Assembly (NCBI RefSeq): GCF_018350175.1
Contig: NC_058368.1
Span: 14,324,001-14,388,000 of the forward strand
Source of the DNA: Felis catus
Taxonomy: Eukaryota
DNA: 64,000 nt
Direction: 5' to 3'
Shown here: piece after piece, positions 47,231-61,669 of the stretch
Numbering within the stretch: position 1 is the stretch's first letter
Layout: each line of letters starts with the position of its first letter
The notes under the pieces: model-generated
Database searches by the model: none
The model's input: the letters and a program-made list of their open reading frames with translations, nothing else
Told to the model about the DNA's origin: nothing
Translations under genes and position numbers: made by a program

Positions 47231-50200
47231 ACCGAAGCACTTTGTGCAAACTAATTGGTGTAACCGGGGCCTTTTCACTAACGATTTGCACTTTGAAGAA
47301 GAAAAATGGATGGTGAGAAAAGGACTAAGAAAGTCGTTAGTCCTAGAATGTTCCAGGCAAGTGAAGTCATTCAGTTCCAAGGACGCCGGGACTGTGTTTT
47401 CCGAGCTGCTTCCCCAGCACCCTTCACGCTGGGAGCTGACAGTGATTTACATAACACAGGATTCACCCACCCGCTGTTATCACTGTAGGTGAACTGGGCG
47501 CCCTAGAATAATACTCGAGCGCAAGTACTGCTTGTTGCTGCAACACAGTGATTTTCTATCACACTGAACACGTGAAATGAATTGCCTTCTGTAGCTGAAT
47601 CCTTTCAGTGATCTTAGACACCTCTCATTGTTGAAGGGAAAATTAAACTATCCGAGGAGTGTGTTTTCTACCCCTTAATTTTTTTTTTGTTTTGTTTTAA
47701 GGAAATGACCTATGGAGAAGAATTTACAATATATAGTATACATTTATGTAATTCAGCCGCGTTTTTGGAGGTAGTTTTGTGGGAGCAACTTAGTTATTTT
47801 ATAAGATTTTTTTGTGAAATATCACTTGACCTATTGAACTAGTTATTTCAAATGATTATTTACTACCTGGGGATGGCTTGAAATCAATTTATTTACTTAT
47901 ATGAGAAGTTATAAAACAACCCTAATGATTTCAGTCTTGTATTATTTTTTTTTTACTATAAATATAATCTTAGTAGTTAGTACTAGAGTAAAAGCTTGTG
48001 CGTGTCCAGTGCTTTAGGATATAAATGCTGAATTGTTTTCAGTGCTTTGCTATGCAGTCATCTTTGACGTGAGCTAATAATAGAATGATAATTGAAGAAA
48101 ACTGACCTAATTGAAGGAAAAAGGAAAAAAAGCCAAGAATCTCATGATTTAATGATAGTTTGAGATGCTTACATTTGAATGATATTTGGGATTTTAAGGT
48201 CTAACTGGCTTGACTTTTTCATTTCATTTACTTAGGTTACTAGGCAGCCTTGACTTAAAGTGTATCATTTAGGAAAAGAATCCAAAAAAGTCACCAACAC
48301 ACCATTATCATACATTTTAGTGGTATTAATGAATACAAAACAATTAAATATTACGGTCCTTAACGTTTCAAAACATTCAAAATAACGATGGCAAAATAAT
48401 TTTTCCTGAGGTCCTGTTTCCTAAGTAACTTATTCCCCCTTCTGTAATCCTACTTAATTTGTATGGGATACACAATGTAATGTGTAAATAGTCACCTTAT
48501 TAGGTTTAAAGAAAAACTATTACCTTGAGAAATGCAGAAATGCAGGAATGCAAGGCTTCTGTGTTTAAAAAAACTAATTTAAATTTGAATTACATGTTCA
48601 TGAATTTAAGCAATTGTGACCTTTCATCTGGAAAAATGTGTCTGTTAGAGAATATACATATACATGTTAAATGCTCACATAGATATTGTTTTGTGTTTTT
48701 TATATCTGCTGGCTGCTATTCTATTCGCAAGTATTCATGAACTTAAAGTTTTATTTTTTTAATATGTGCTTATTACACTGGGGAGATAAAAAGAATATGA
48801 AGTTGAGTTTATTAAATTATTTATCCCTACTGCTGGAGTGGCTTTGAAGGCTCATTGTACGCATCTGATTTCTACCTCCCCCCACTTCGTTTTTTAAATG
48901 CACCCAGGCTATTTCATCTGTTTCATTCTGCCAGACACAATATATTTCTTTTTTTACACTAGAGAAATTAAAGACAGATATTTGTGCAGGGTTTTCTCTA
49001 TGTGTCACATTAAATAAAGTAAAATAGAGGCAGTTTTTCTGGTAATCTAATTTGATGGCATCTATACCTTTCTTCTTGTTGTGACTCCTCGTATAAGAAC
49101 ACTTGAAACAAAATAGCTTGAGAGCTTCAAAAGTTTCCATGATTTCTTAAAACAATTATTTCATATTTTAATATCAGGTTTATGAAACGGTGAAGCCGAG
49201 AATTGAGGTCACTGTTGGCACAATCTAGACCCTATTTTATTTCTTCAACCAGAGAGCATCCTGATAATTGAAGCTTTTTAAAAAAATTATTTCCTTAATT
49301 CTTCACTTGAATGATCAAGGCTATGGCCTCACTTTTCCTCATCCCCCTAGTACACATCAGATAGTCAACATTTGTTGTGGGGCGTACTTTTCTTCTGTAC
49401 AGTGTTGCTTAGTAAACTTGTTATTGGTGCTAATAAATGTTGAAAAGAAAGTAACTTTGAGATTAAAGATGGAAGTTAGAAGTGTACCTACTAGATTTGC
49501 GGATTTGCAGTCATTCTGGGTAATTCCAACCAAAGCCTTTCTCTGGGCAGAAAAAAGAAAATGGAAGGACTGGGTTATTCAGACAGTTGTCTATTTCCTC
49601 ACTTCATCTGAATGTGTACATATTGGTGTAGGATGTTTTAAGTTGCATCTGTGAACTGAAAAATTTGGGGGGGTGGAGGGTTATCAACCAGAAGATATTC
49701 TTATTGCTCAAAATAGAATGTGATCTCTTTACTCTTTCCAGAAATTTAAGGATATTGGGGTCAATCATTTATTTATTGAGTGTTATGTAGGAAGTGTTGA
49801 TTACAGTGTTCCAGTTCCTCATAGACCCTTCAGAAAGTCACTGTTAATCTTTATAATCTAGAAAATTCGAATTCATTTTGTTAGATTTCAGCCTCTATTT
49901 TTCCTTTGGATATTATAGGAATATTCTGGCAAGATAAATGGACTCACATGATTCTTTTCTTTACGAATATATGAGAAGTAGGTATTCCTTAACCCATAAT
50001 TCACGTGGATTTACTGACATTTGTGTATATGACCACAACCTTGGTACTCTTAGCACATTTGCGTTTTATTGCACTTAGAGAAAACAATGGAATCAAATGT
50101 GATTAGTGTCTTAATCTGTACATCTGTAGTGGGTCATCCAGGACTGCATAGCTCTCATTACTGTCCCATACTGTATGTGATTAAGCCACTGGAAATATTC

Positions 50201-50859
50201 AACATGACCTTGAGGCTAGAGTATGGTATATAGATAATCAACATTCAGTGATTGCATGTCTAAAATAACCTTTTCTAGATCTAATTTACCGTTTTGGAGC
50301 TTACTTTTTCATGAACGAAGCAATTCCTCTAAACCACGATTTATTATTTTTTTAATGATTAGCAACAGGAGTAATAATTTAAGGGACTAATTACATTGAA
50401 TAAAAAAACTATTATTTCTTATCATATATATATATATATTATATAATAAATAAGTGCTTTATAGGAAATGAAGGAAATGAGTTTACGAATAGGAATTTTC
50501 TTTATCGTTTTTTTTTTTACACGTAGAGATTACGAACATCCGAGAATACACCACCTAAAGAATGATTTCATTTCCACCTATGTGTGATTATTTTCACTCT
50601 TCTAATAATACACATTTTAGTATACAAGTATGTATTATTTCTAAAAAGCCCAATTTTCCATGTTTGTCAAAAATATCAAGTCAGAAGTATTCATAAGTAG
50701 TTAATACTTTCTGGTCTACATGTTTATTCCTATTGTCTACACATCTAGATCAAATCAAAAGCATGAAGAGCACAGAGTTTGTAAGACATAGTCTTTCTAA
50801 TAAGAAAATTTGAAACCAATGAAGTAGAAAGTATAGTTTTATTTGATTTTTATGTGAAC

Positions 50860-51035
50860 TCTATTTTTTATTATTGAAGCCAGGTTTACTGATGTGTATT
50901 TTGTGTACAGAACTATCCTTTTCTATGGTTTTTCCCCATGAATGTGCCATTCTGTGAATTTTAACAAATATATACAGTCATATCATGCTGGCACCAACAG
51001 AATATTTCCATTGCCACAAGTTTCCTCATGCCCCT
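50860..51035 (-). mobile_element. Short ancient L1 (L1ME-like) 3' end remnant
   Basis: TTCTGTGAATTTTAACAAATATATACAGTCAT...CAGAATATTTCCATTGCC...TTTCCTCATGCCC resembles old L1 3' UTRs. Confidence 0.5.
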
Positions 51036-52001
51036 ATTTTATTTTTTCATTCATAAATTCTGTGATTCATTTATAAGCATCTGGGTGTTTTACTTTTCTC
51101 TCAAAAAATCTTTAGATTGTAAATCTATTTTTATTCCTCTAGAATTTATTTATTTTTATCATGTTTCTAATTTAAGGCCAGTTTTAATCAGATCACACTG
51201 ACATAGAGGCAGAGTATGAAATGATACTTCAGAGAGATAAGCAATAGGCTTACAATTTTTGTTTGACCTGAGGGTTGTTTGAATTTAATATATATCACCT
51301 TTACGCTTGGTAAAAGATTCATTTTTCAAAGGAACTGCTAAGATTTGTTACGTTGGTATGAATGTACGTATTAGACTTATGAATATAGCTTATAGTTTGC
51401 ACGTCAAAGTATGTATTGAGAAACAGGGATTCCTTATGTAAGTTAGCAACATCTGAGGCATATTGGTAATGTCACCAGCTTTATGTCACTGGGGAAATAA
51501 ATCTCTCGGCATTTAAATTACATTGTATGTTATATTTCGGTAAATTAATCCTCCCTTTGAATGGTGGGGGACAAGGCCAAGGAGTTTATTAGAGCTAATA
51601 TTAATTAATATATATACATTCTTGAAACATATACCTCTAATCCTAATTTTATATAAATATACATTGTCATTGAAATTTAGATGGCTATAAAGACTCCAAA
51701 GAATTCTTAAATTATAGGAGAGCAGACATGTTCATTGACAACGATGCTCTTTGAAGTATTTTGCCTTTTTACAACTTGGAATAGTATAACTAGTCTTCTG
51801 TTTCTTTCCCCAAGATATAAAATTATTTAAATGCTTTTTGTTTTATATTTTTATTTGGCAATTACAATACAAATTTTAATGTTATGCATGCTTACAGCCC
51901 TATTAAGAAAGAAGTTATTGCTTTCTTAATAATCTTAAGCCATTTTTAGAAAGTATACTCTTTTTATGGTTTGCAAAATAGCCTGTGCATGCAGGCTGTG
52001 T

Positions 52002-52003
<2 letters not shown>

Positions 52004-52032
<29 letters not shown>
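52004..52032 (+). repeat. (CA)n microsatellite
   Basis: Read directly. Confidence 0.95.
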
Positions 52033-52033
<1 letters not shown>

Positions 52034-54669
52034 CCCCAGTATTTCAGATAATAAAAGATTGAATTGGCCTGTATACATTTGTTTTAACCTGTTAAAAGGA
52101 AACAGCTACTAAATATAGGATTCTTGCCACCAGGATGTAATATCACACTGCAAGTTTATTCCATGATAACCTATACAGTTTTCAATAATACCTTAAGAGA
52201 CTGAGGCTAAATAGACTTTTAAAATAATAATAACTGGAAGTTCTAACAGTATTTATCCAGACACATACACTGTGGCAGTTTTGAATATCATAAGATTTTA
52301 ATTGTGAATGAGAAGTTTAAACATTGCTAGCCATTCTGTCCATGTAAATACAAATATACTTAGCTCCATCGCTCACAGACCTAATATGTGTGTGTATCCA
52401 TAAAAACACTTTCATATATTTAAAATTGTTTTCTGCTTTCTTGCAAAGACAATGGTTAAATTTTTTGTGCAACCTGAACCTGTATTTGATAAGCAAATTG
52501 CATAACTCTCTTGGGGGGGGGAATTTTAGGGGTTTTTTTTTCTGGTTTTGGGGTTTTGCTTTTTGTAGTGTTTTTTTTTTCTTTTACTAGCAAATTCAGT
52601 TCTTCATTTGTTTTGCTCTCCACGCTGCATTAGCACAGTTTTCCCCTGTGTACATCTGCCAGTGTACAATTTAGCCACGGGCATCTGTAGACCTTGTGGT
52701 GATCAGTATTGCAGGCAAAAGCCATATGTGTTTAAATAAAAAAAAAATCTCTTTATTTCATTTGCTATTTTAACTGGATGGATAACTTTTGTGCCTCAAG
52801 ACAGAAGAAGAAAAAATACAGAAATAATTAATTGCCTCTATTCTTGAGGCAGTTTCATTTCCCCTCCAATATGGAATGCTTGTCAGCTTTCCTGATAAAT
52901 GACTGCATGTATTTGCATAGATTTTACATTAACACAAAAATTAGTTTTATTTGTGGAAAACTAGTTTACATAATAATATAAAACCTAGTGTTATTGATTA
53001 TGTTTGCAAACATTGATGATTTTTTAAAGGGGTTGTAGCATACTTATTTTTCAAAGACCTGATCAACCTATTTTTTAACTTAAACTTTCTTTTGCTTTAT
53101 ACAGTTTTGCACGAACAACATAAACATTCATAAAATGTTAATTTTAGAAATTCTTTTCTGGCCATATGAACCACAACTGTTTCAGGCCCACAATTAGTAA
53201 CCTTCAATTGGTAAGAAGATTCTGATTTTAAACTTTGGCCGAGGATTATTTTTAAATACTTATTACCGATTGTATACACCTCGGACGGTTGGAGGATTGC
53301 ATCTGTGTGAATGATTTTAATTTTCGTATTCATGTTCTCGAAAGGATGGGTACTCTAATGGGTGTGTAGTCGAGCTCACTCCTGAGACGTTATGAACTGT
53401 TTACAACCAAATTTAAAATATCACTGAGAATTATTCTCTCCATCTTCATTCTGTTGCCTTGAGTCTACTTAATCGTTGATCACCCCGATCCAACCTTGAG
53501 AGAAACGGTGTGCCAGAGCTATTTGGGTACTGCAGACAATTCTCGCTCTCTAAGTGGCAGGCAGTGGATGTTTATTCATACGGCAATCCGGCATCTTGTT
53601 GTCTAGAGGCAACCTGCTAACTATGTGCTATCATCGTATTATCCATGTTACGGAAAATTCAAATATGTTCACTGCTGTTAGTTACATCACAAAGCTTTTT
53701 ATAAAATATACTTGATCCTCAAGAAACCTCCTACACTTAATGGCAACCTAAACCAAGAGTCTCTCTGCCACTTCTTGATTCTGGGACACCCTGGGTGCCA
53801 GCTGTCACAGCTCAGCTAATGATGACAAATGCCCCTCTCTATGCAGATTGCAAAGCTTGCAGGCTGCTGTGAAAGGCGACCAGATTACCTTTCTTCAGAT
53901 AGTAACTTAACCTTTTAAACTCATGTCAGAATGAAATTATCAGCTGTGATTTTCAATATCTGTATCTTTAAAAAACAAAAATCAGGACAAGATCAAATCG
54001 CAGACTCACTTTTTAAAAATTCTTCCAATTTTTGTATGATTTACATGGCTTTATCCGTGAAGGCCGTAATATTCTTAAATGAGAAACTCTAGGTAAAATA
54101 TACTTTACAGCAGCATGAGAGTGTATATTTGAACTCCGCATATAACTCAAGTAGTGTGAATTATTGAGAGAATTATCAGTATTGTTTAGGCTACAAAATA
54201 GGCTGGTGGAATTTTGAGAGAAAAAATGTATTCTCTCCTTATCTTCACCTGAGTGGTAAAACGTCTGTACTCCTGCCGGGTGTATAGACCCAGCCTGTTC
54301 TGGATAAATTTTTATATCATTTCCCTAAAACTCTGTGGATTGTTCCAAAATGATTTAGAGAATAATTATTGTTAACGATTGTTTTCCCTATTTCCAAACT
54401 TGAGCTTCCATTTTAGGTTTCTAATTTGTTGTATAGAAACTTGTTGTCATATTTTGATACATACACCTACATGGATTTTTCAAAACAGTAATGAACGCTG
54501 TTAACCATGATGTAATGCGGGGGGTTAAATTGCCTGTTAAATGAGATAATACAATTGCACCGTTCTTTTAGATTTACAAAAGACTTTTATAGGCATTAAT
54601 TCACTTGAAACTTAAAATACTTCTATGACTTGAGAGAAACGGGTGATATGGAATGGGGACCAAGACTTC

Positions 54670-54800
54670 ATGAGTATTTGATCACATTTAATCTTCACAA
54701 CAAATATTAGTTCCCATTTACAGGGGGAGACTGAGGTTTGGAAAGGTTAAGTGTGTTACCGAGGGTCGCATAAGTAATTACAGAACGAGGTTTGTCTGCC
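54670..54800 (-). mobile_element. MIR remnant
   Basis: TTTAATCTTCACAACAA...CCCATTTACAGGGGGAGACTGAGG...GGTTAAGTG. Confidence 0.65.
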
Positions 54801-55871
54801 TGCAGCTGCTTTTAGCACTGCAGCGTCTAGACTTGTGTATCGCAGAGGCATATACGTTTGCATGGAGGCATGGGGCGTGCGTGTTATGTCCTGTCTGTAC
54901 CCAGAGATAATTTTCAGCAACTGCTACTAAGATAGATGTTATTCTGAAAAGAAACTACGAGGCTTGCATTTACATTACGAATATGATAGTTTGATGAGTT
55001 TTAAAGAGTAAGTTCTTTTTAGGAGGGCTTTAATTGAGTACATAGTGAGGCACTTTTTATAAGTTTTTATTTTATGACAATGATGTGTTCATCTATTACA
55101 TAGGGAGAAACTATTTAGTATCACATGTACTGTTTAATGAACATCAAATTGTACTAGTTCACCTAAAGAACTAGTTTCATTATAAAAGTTAAATTAATGG
55201 GATATGCCTTTATGAAAATGATGAAGAGAAACAATTCAGCAATTAACTTGAATAAAATATCCATATACTTTTTTTATACCTATAATTTTACTCTGTGACA
55301 CCAGTGGGTTATACAAGCCGCAGTGTTGTACATCTTTCAGTTTAAGACACGTTGAAAACTCCCTTTTATCATGAACTTACATACAGTTGTTTCAATGAAA
55401 GCTGTTGGAATGCCGATTGTTTTCATTCCTTACCAAATTTTTATTTGGTACAGATACTACAATATAGGGATTTTTATCAATGATACGTCTGTTCATGTTG
55501 TAAATGTTCCATCTTTATATGCTTTAATTATAGAATTCTATTTATAATTACTAACCGGTACTAATCCTTAGTAAGTTGTATTTCGCTACGTATAAAAATT
55601 AGGTAGAATTTACAGTGACCATCTTATAAGCTATATCATGCAATTAGTGCTGGGAGGAAGAAACTAATTCTACTCCAAGAGCCATATATTTTATACCAGA
55701 ACTTTAGAGGAGAACATAATGTAACCCTCCTCACTAACTGCCTGAGTTTTCTCTACAACATTACTAAGGAATCGTCATCCCGCCTCTACCTTTACCTCCA
55801 CTGATGAGAAATCCATTACCTACTCAGATATACACTTACAGGCAGTTCTAATTGTTAGAAAGTTCTTTCTT

Positions 55872-55993
55872 CTTCTTCTTCTTCTTTTTTTTAAGTTTTA
55901 TTTACGTAATCTCTACACCCAATGTGAGGCTTGAATTCACGACCCCGAGATCAAGACTCACATGCTCTTTGGACTGAGCCAGCCAAGTGCCCC
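55872..55993 (-). mobile_element. Short Can-SINE variant (tRNA head plus tail, no CT tract)
   Basis: Ends GACTGAGCCAGCCAAGTGCCCC; flanked by AGAAAGYTCTT. Confidence 0.85.
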
Positions 55994-56097
55994 AGAAAGC
56001 TCTTCTTAATACTGAACCAAAATCTTTTCTCCTTAAATCTATCACCTTTTGGTGTCTTCTCTATAGCCTTATTCCTTTAACGGAAATAAGTCATTTA

Positions 56098-56325
56098 GGG
56101 GTGCCTGTGTGGCTCAGTCAGTTAAGCGTCCCACTCTTGGTTTCAGCTCAGGACATGATCTCACAATTCATGAGTTAGAGCCATGTGTTGGGCTCTCTGC
56201 TGACAGCTCGGAGCCTGCTTGGCACTTCCTTCTCCCTCTCTCTCTGCCCTCCCCAGCTTGCTCGCTCTCTCTCTCTCTCTCTTTCTCTCAAGAAAAAAAA
56301 AAAAATTAAAAGAAATGTATACAGA
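56098..56325 (+). mobile_element. Can-SINE
   Basis: GGGGTGCCTGTGTGGCTCAG head, CT tract, poly-A. Confidence 0.92.
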
Positions 56326-59269
56326 AAAGAAGTCCTTTAAATTCAGCATTTAAGATATCAAATTGAATATGCTCTCGCCTTCAGCCATTACACCAATAGC
56401 ATATTTTAAGTCACCTCACCATTTAAGACCCATTCTCATACATCATTTTCTTCAAGTGTGTTGCCTAAATTTATTGCCCCCAGAGTAGATTGGTGAATGT
56501 AGAGTGGAGAGGCCTCTCACTTTATGGAGTACCTCCATAACCCTGTTGACAAATGTTCAGCTGGATGTCACCAAATATCACATTTGTTTAAACATATGAT
56601 GGAGTCCTGAGCACATGACTTTTTTATTTATCCAACTCATTTTATCTTACCATTTTTAGCTGTTTTTCCATGACTTGACTTATCATGGTCAAGTTGTATA
56701 TTATTATTTAGAACAAGAATTAACAGGCATAACAGTTCCTTCTTAAAAGTTATTATAGGCTGCATATAGAACGTTCATAGCAAAATCGAATTTTACTATA
56801 ATGAATCTATTTTTGTTCAGCTAGGTACATAAAGATGCTAATCCACTTAAGATATATGGATAGATTAAACTCACTAAATATTCCAGAACCTTTGTGGAAT
56901 TTTTTGCTAAACATTTGAAATCCTAATCCTAGTTTTTCATGGCTTTATCAAAATATGTAACAAATAAGCCCCATTTGGTATAAAGTGCACTTTATATATT
57001 TTGAAGTATTTATCAATTTTTCCTTACCAACCACTTTTTGTCTGCAAATGGAATCTATAAGTTTCCCATATGCCTGAACAATGCAGAGAAAAACTAGTAA
57101 ATTTTTAATGTAAATGTGTTCATAGAGTGTTACAGTGTTACTGGAATAATTTTCATATTGATCCACCAATATTTTGGGAATCATTTTTGATACTAATAGT
57201 TACTAAATAACTGAATATAAAGAGAGGCAAATGCTTTTTTTAAGAGTGATATATTTAATAAGTTAATGTCAGTGTAAAAATAGTTTTATTAAGCTAAAGT
57301 AGTTTCACCAATCAGGGCCCACTCCCATTATTTTCTTCAAAAGCAATGCCTAAATCTAAATAGATACAGTAACCCAGAGTGAATTGGTACAGTTAAAGAA
57401 ACATTCCTTAAGTAATGAATATATTACTGGAAAAACATACTCAGAAGATTAAGTAGTAAAAGGTAACCAATATTAAGTATTTCGATAAAACGTACTGTGA
57501 GTTGTAAAAAAAAAAAAAAACTTTTTGTGTGATGTGTTATTTTAAAGCCTTAAACTTCTCTAAGTGTAAGCTCATGTTTTTATTTGCCACGGGGTTTTTT
57601 TTTCCCTATATGAGAGTATTTCATTAATATGTTCTTTACTATTGCTGTGTCATCTAGGCGGTAAGACACACGGAGAGCCTGCCTCAGATTTGGCTTTCCC
57701 GTGGTTTGTGTCTTGAATGGAGAATAAGAAAGTCCAGTGTTTTTTACAAAAGAAACATCCCATCTGCTTCATCTGGTGGCTTATGCAATAAGAGGTGTTA
57801 TCACATGAATCTAAATGCACAGGCAGTTGTTTTATGAACTCTTTCTGCGCTTTGAGGAGTTTATAACTTGCCCACCCTTATTGTGTGTCGGTCCCAGCTG
57901 ACCCAAGTGCATTTTGCTGAGCATATTTGGGGGATAATTAGACCTAATGAAGCCTGGTACACAGCTAATTCTCTAAATGATTTATTCTTCTGTTCTTGTC
58001 TGATTCCGAAGAATTCTCCAAATCATAATCTCCGCCACTAATTTTTGCTAGCACCTTGTTGGTACAGCCACTCGATTTTTATGTTTGTTTGAACTAGCCT
58101 CTAATTCAAACACCTAATTTTATGTTTGTCTGAATTAGCATCTAATTATCAAAAATAAATCAGGTTTTTGAAATGCTGAGAAAAATGTTTCAGAGTAAAA
58201 GTTGGTAGTATTTGTTAGTCCCCAGAGTGTAGGGGACTGCCAGTTCCTCGCCATCTTCTGTTTCTGTTTGTATCTCAAAAAGTTTATGGCACCGGCGAGC
58301 AGATAAGGGGATAGCAGATAGCAAGTGGTAAGAACCTCTTTAAAAAAATGTACCACTGGGAAGTAAACCTGCAAGGAAAATAATTGAAGATCACTAATGG
58401 AAGATCCCTATTTTCTGAATTAGGTTTCTTAAGGAAATCAGAAGCTTTTTAAAAATCCTTATGAATAACCTTCATGTTTCAAAACTGTTTCCTTTACCAA
58501 TGGCTTCCCAGCACTAGCGGTGTTGAGAATGACATTTCTCTACGTGCCCTCACCAAGTAGTCACTGATTCAGTGGCCTGTAACACTTTAAATCCTATCAA
58601 CTTGCTTTCCTTTCCTGTTATAACTGTTTCAGTGAGTGGCACTTTTGTTGTGCAGGGTAAGATCTGGTAGCTTACGGAGGGCATACTAGAATGAGGCCAG
58701 ACACAATTGCCAGCACAAGAAGGCTATAACTTAATTAAAGCCTTACGCTCAGTAAATAAGACACCGAAGTCTCTTCAGGTATGTGGGTTTGTTTTGGAGC
58801 TTATGTCCTATTCATTCTCCTGTTGCCTAGAAACTATAGCATAATTCATTGTTGAGTTATTACTTTTATCTAGTGATCCCAGTACTTACAATTCACCTTA
58901 CTTGAGAGCCCAGATAATAAATACGTTCAGGGCAAGATACACTGAGATACCTAAACTAGTTAAATCACCAGCTCCACTGCCTAAGTACTGACCTAGGAAC
59001 CATTTGGTGATTCCCTGATTTTCATTACAAGATATTTAATGGTGCCTCTGAGAAGTTCTATTCTTACCCGTACGCCTCAACTTAAGGCAGTCCTCTTCCT
59101 CATCTTTAACCCACTGCCTGAACGTCACCTAAACACTCAAATAACATGTCTCAGAACATTGAAGGAAAAAGTCGCAGGTCATTGTTATTGCTTGCTCTTC
59201 AAGAACATCTTTTTTTTTTTTTTAATTTTTACATCTCTAAATGAGACAAAGAATGGGCTGATAAAATTA

Positions 59270-59480
59270 GTACTGAGTTCCTATTATGTGCTAGGTACTG
59301 TCCTAGGTACTCGATCTGTGTATCACTGCACCTTTATCCTCTGAACAGCACTAGGGCGCAGATCCTGCTGCTGTCATTTCATTGTCGGGAAACTGAGGCC
59401 CAGAGAAGTCAAGGAATTTCTGCTAGGAATTTGCAGAGTTGAAACTGTTCAGCCAGCCCCTCTGAATCCAGACTCTAGAG
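59270..59480 (-). mobile_element. MIR remnant
   Basis: TACTGAGTTCCTATTATGTGCTAGG...GAAACTGAGGCCCAGAGAAGTCAAGGAA. Confidence 0.7.
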
Positions 59481-59869
59481 CCCCCTCTTTTAGTGATTAC
59501 ACTAAACTTATCCTAAGTTTATTTTCTCTTCTGTAATATAGGGGTAGTAATAGCTACATCATCGGTACATGGATTGAATAAATGCATACACATAAAAAGC
59601 TTAGACTTTTTTAACTTGTATTACCCGAGGCCATACAGTAAATGCAGAACTAGGATTCACACCCAGCTTTTCTGTCTCTAGACCCCTGAGCTTAACTAGC
59701 ATAGTGCTTAGGTGAATATTTATTGAGTGAATAATGAAATGAGTATCATCTGTTTTGTACTTCCCAATGGAAGAATTTGTGAATTTTGCTGGTTGTTTCA
59801 GTAGCATAGAGCAGATACTCCATGGTGGTTGAATGAGTGAATGATTATTCATCCTTACCTCTAATAAAA

Positions 59870-60870
59870 TAAATACATTGATGACTCTCAAGTGTATAGC
59901 CTCAGCCAAGACCTCTCCTCTCAACTCCAAACTCATTTATCCAGCTGTCCCCCCCTCCACATCTTCTCACATATGTAACACGTGTGTCAAACATAACATA
60001 TCCAAACCTAGCACCTGCTCTCCAACATGCTTCTCCGGCAGTCATCCATGGCTCAGCAAATGGCAGTCCTTTTTTCCAGTTGGGAAAAAAAGGCAAAAAT
60101 GTTGCCTGCCATCCTTGACTCCTCCCTCGCTTTCATACCCCACGTTCAGTGCATCGGCAAATCCTCTAGAGTCTGATAACTCCTCACCAACTTTACAGCT
60201 TCGGTCCTGGTCAAGTCACCATCATCTCTTATGTGTGTTGTTAGTTATTCAAGAAAGTGTCCTGATTTTCCTCCTTATCTCATTCTTGCTATACTCCTTT
60301 ACATTCTTTTCTCGACATAGCAACCAGAGAGATCTGTCTAAAATGAAGGCCAGATCATGCCACCCTTAAATTCAGAATTCCCTAACGGCTTCCCATCTCA
60401 GAGTAAAAATCTAAACCCGTATTAGCCCTACAATCAGCACCTTGCCATTCTGTTTCTCCCAGCTTAACCTTCTGACATCATTGGCCACTACTGTCACCAT
60501 TGCTCTGTCTTCACTTGCCACCCTGGCACCCACTAACATTAGGGCCTGTGCACTTGCTGGTTCCTCTGTGTGGAGTTCCCTCTGTTTCCAGTATCTGCAT
60601 GACATTTTCTCTCACGCCCTTTAGGTGTTTACCCTACCTAAAAATGAAATATATCCCCACACAGACTCTCTCCATCCCCCCTCTGCCTTCTTTACCCCCT
60701 ATCACTGAGCACGGTCTAACATATGTTTTTACTTTCATGGTTAATGCCTCACTCCCCCAATTTAAATGTACGCTCCTAATAAGGGCAAGGGTTTTGTCTC
60801 TTTACTGCTGCATACCCAGAATCTAAAGCAGTGTCTGACTTATAAATGAGTGTTCAATAAATACCTGTTG
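59870..60870 (+). mobile_element. L2 (L2a-like) 3' region
   Basis: Pyrimidine-rich L2 body ending GCAGTGTCTGACTTATAAATGAGTGTTCAATAAATACCTGTTG. Confidence 0.8.
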
Positions 60871-61669
60871 GTGGGAAGGAAGGGAGGGAGGGGAGTAGGG
60901 GTAGATGGGTAAAGAGAAATAATAGGAGAGAAAGAAGGAATGAAAGGAGATAACCAGTTAATTCTGCTGAATGTTCCGTTTGTCATAAGGCTGTGGATAC
61001 TGTACTTAAAAGTCGTAACATAATTCACAAATCTTAACGACGTCTTGACATCATTGACCTCTCCCTCCTTTTTGAAATTTTATTCTCTTCACAAAAGGGG
61101 TGATATTAGCTATTACGTTACTATTAATTATTCTGTGCAAGGCACTGTGCTAAAAACTTTGTGCAGCAAGAGTTTGAGTGGGATTTTTCCTGTGGTCCCA
61201 GAACTGGCATCTGGGGCTCACAGCTGATAGATAGCAAAGAAGCATCTAATTAATAGCTCATTTTCTAAAGAGCTGAAAACAGTTGAGGCTAGACAATGGA
61301 GCTTAAATTCCAGTGGGGAGACATTAAGTGAACAAATATACAAGCAAGTAAACAACTATGTAACACATCAGTAGGTCATAAATGCTCCGAGAGGTAGGTA
61401 TTACTATCTCATTTTTGGAGATAAGAAAGTGAACCTTAGAAAAGTTAATCAAGGCCCACTGTTGGGGCTCGGGCTTGAAACCACTTTGTGTTGACTTCGG
61501 CATCCACGCACCTAATTGATGCTCTACTCACTACCTCCGTTCATTATTCTGTTACACCTCTTTCCTCACTGAGTTTTGACCATGAACTTTTGACTCCCCT
61601 TTCTCTTTCTCCTCAAACCCTTTATATACAGGTATTACTGTTTAGCTACTTCTTGTCTGATGTAATGTA

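Noticed and set aside
337..56325. tRNA genes suggested by A and B boxes
   Set aside because: All are tRNA-derived Can-SINE heads with SINE bodies, tails and TSDs.
59601..60826. ORFs of 108-163 aa near 60 kb
   Set aside because: They lie within L2 and MIR remnants with no intact RT or endonuclease motifs.
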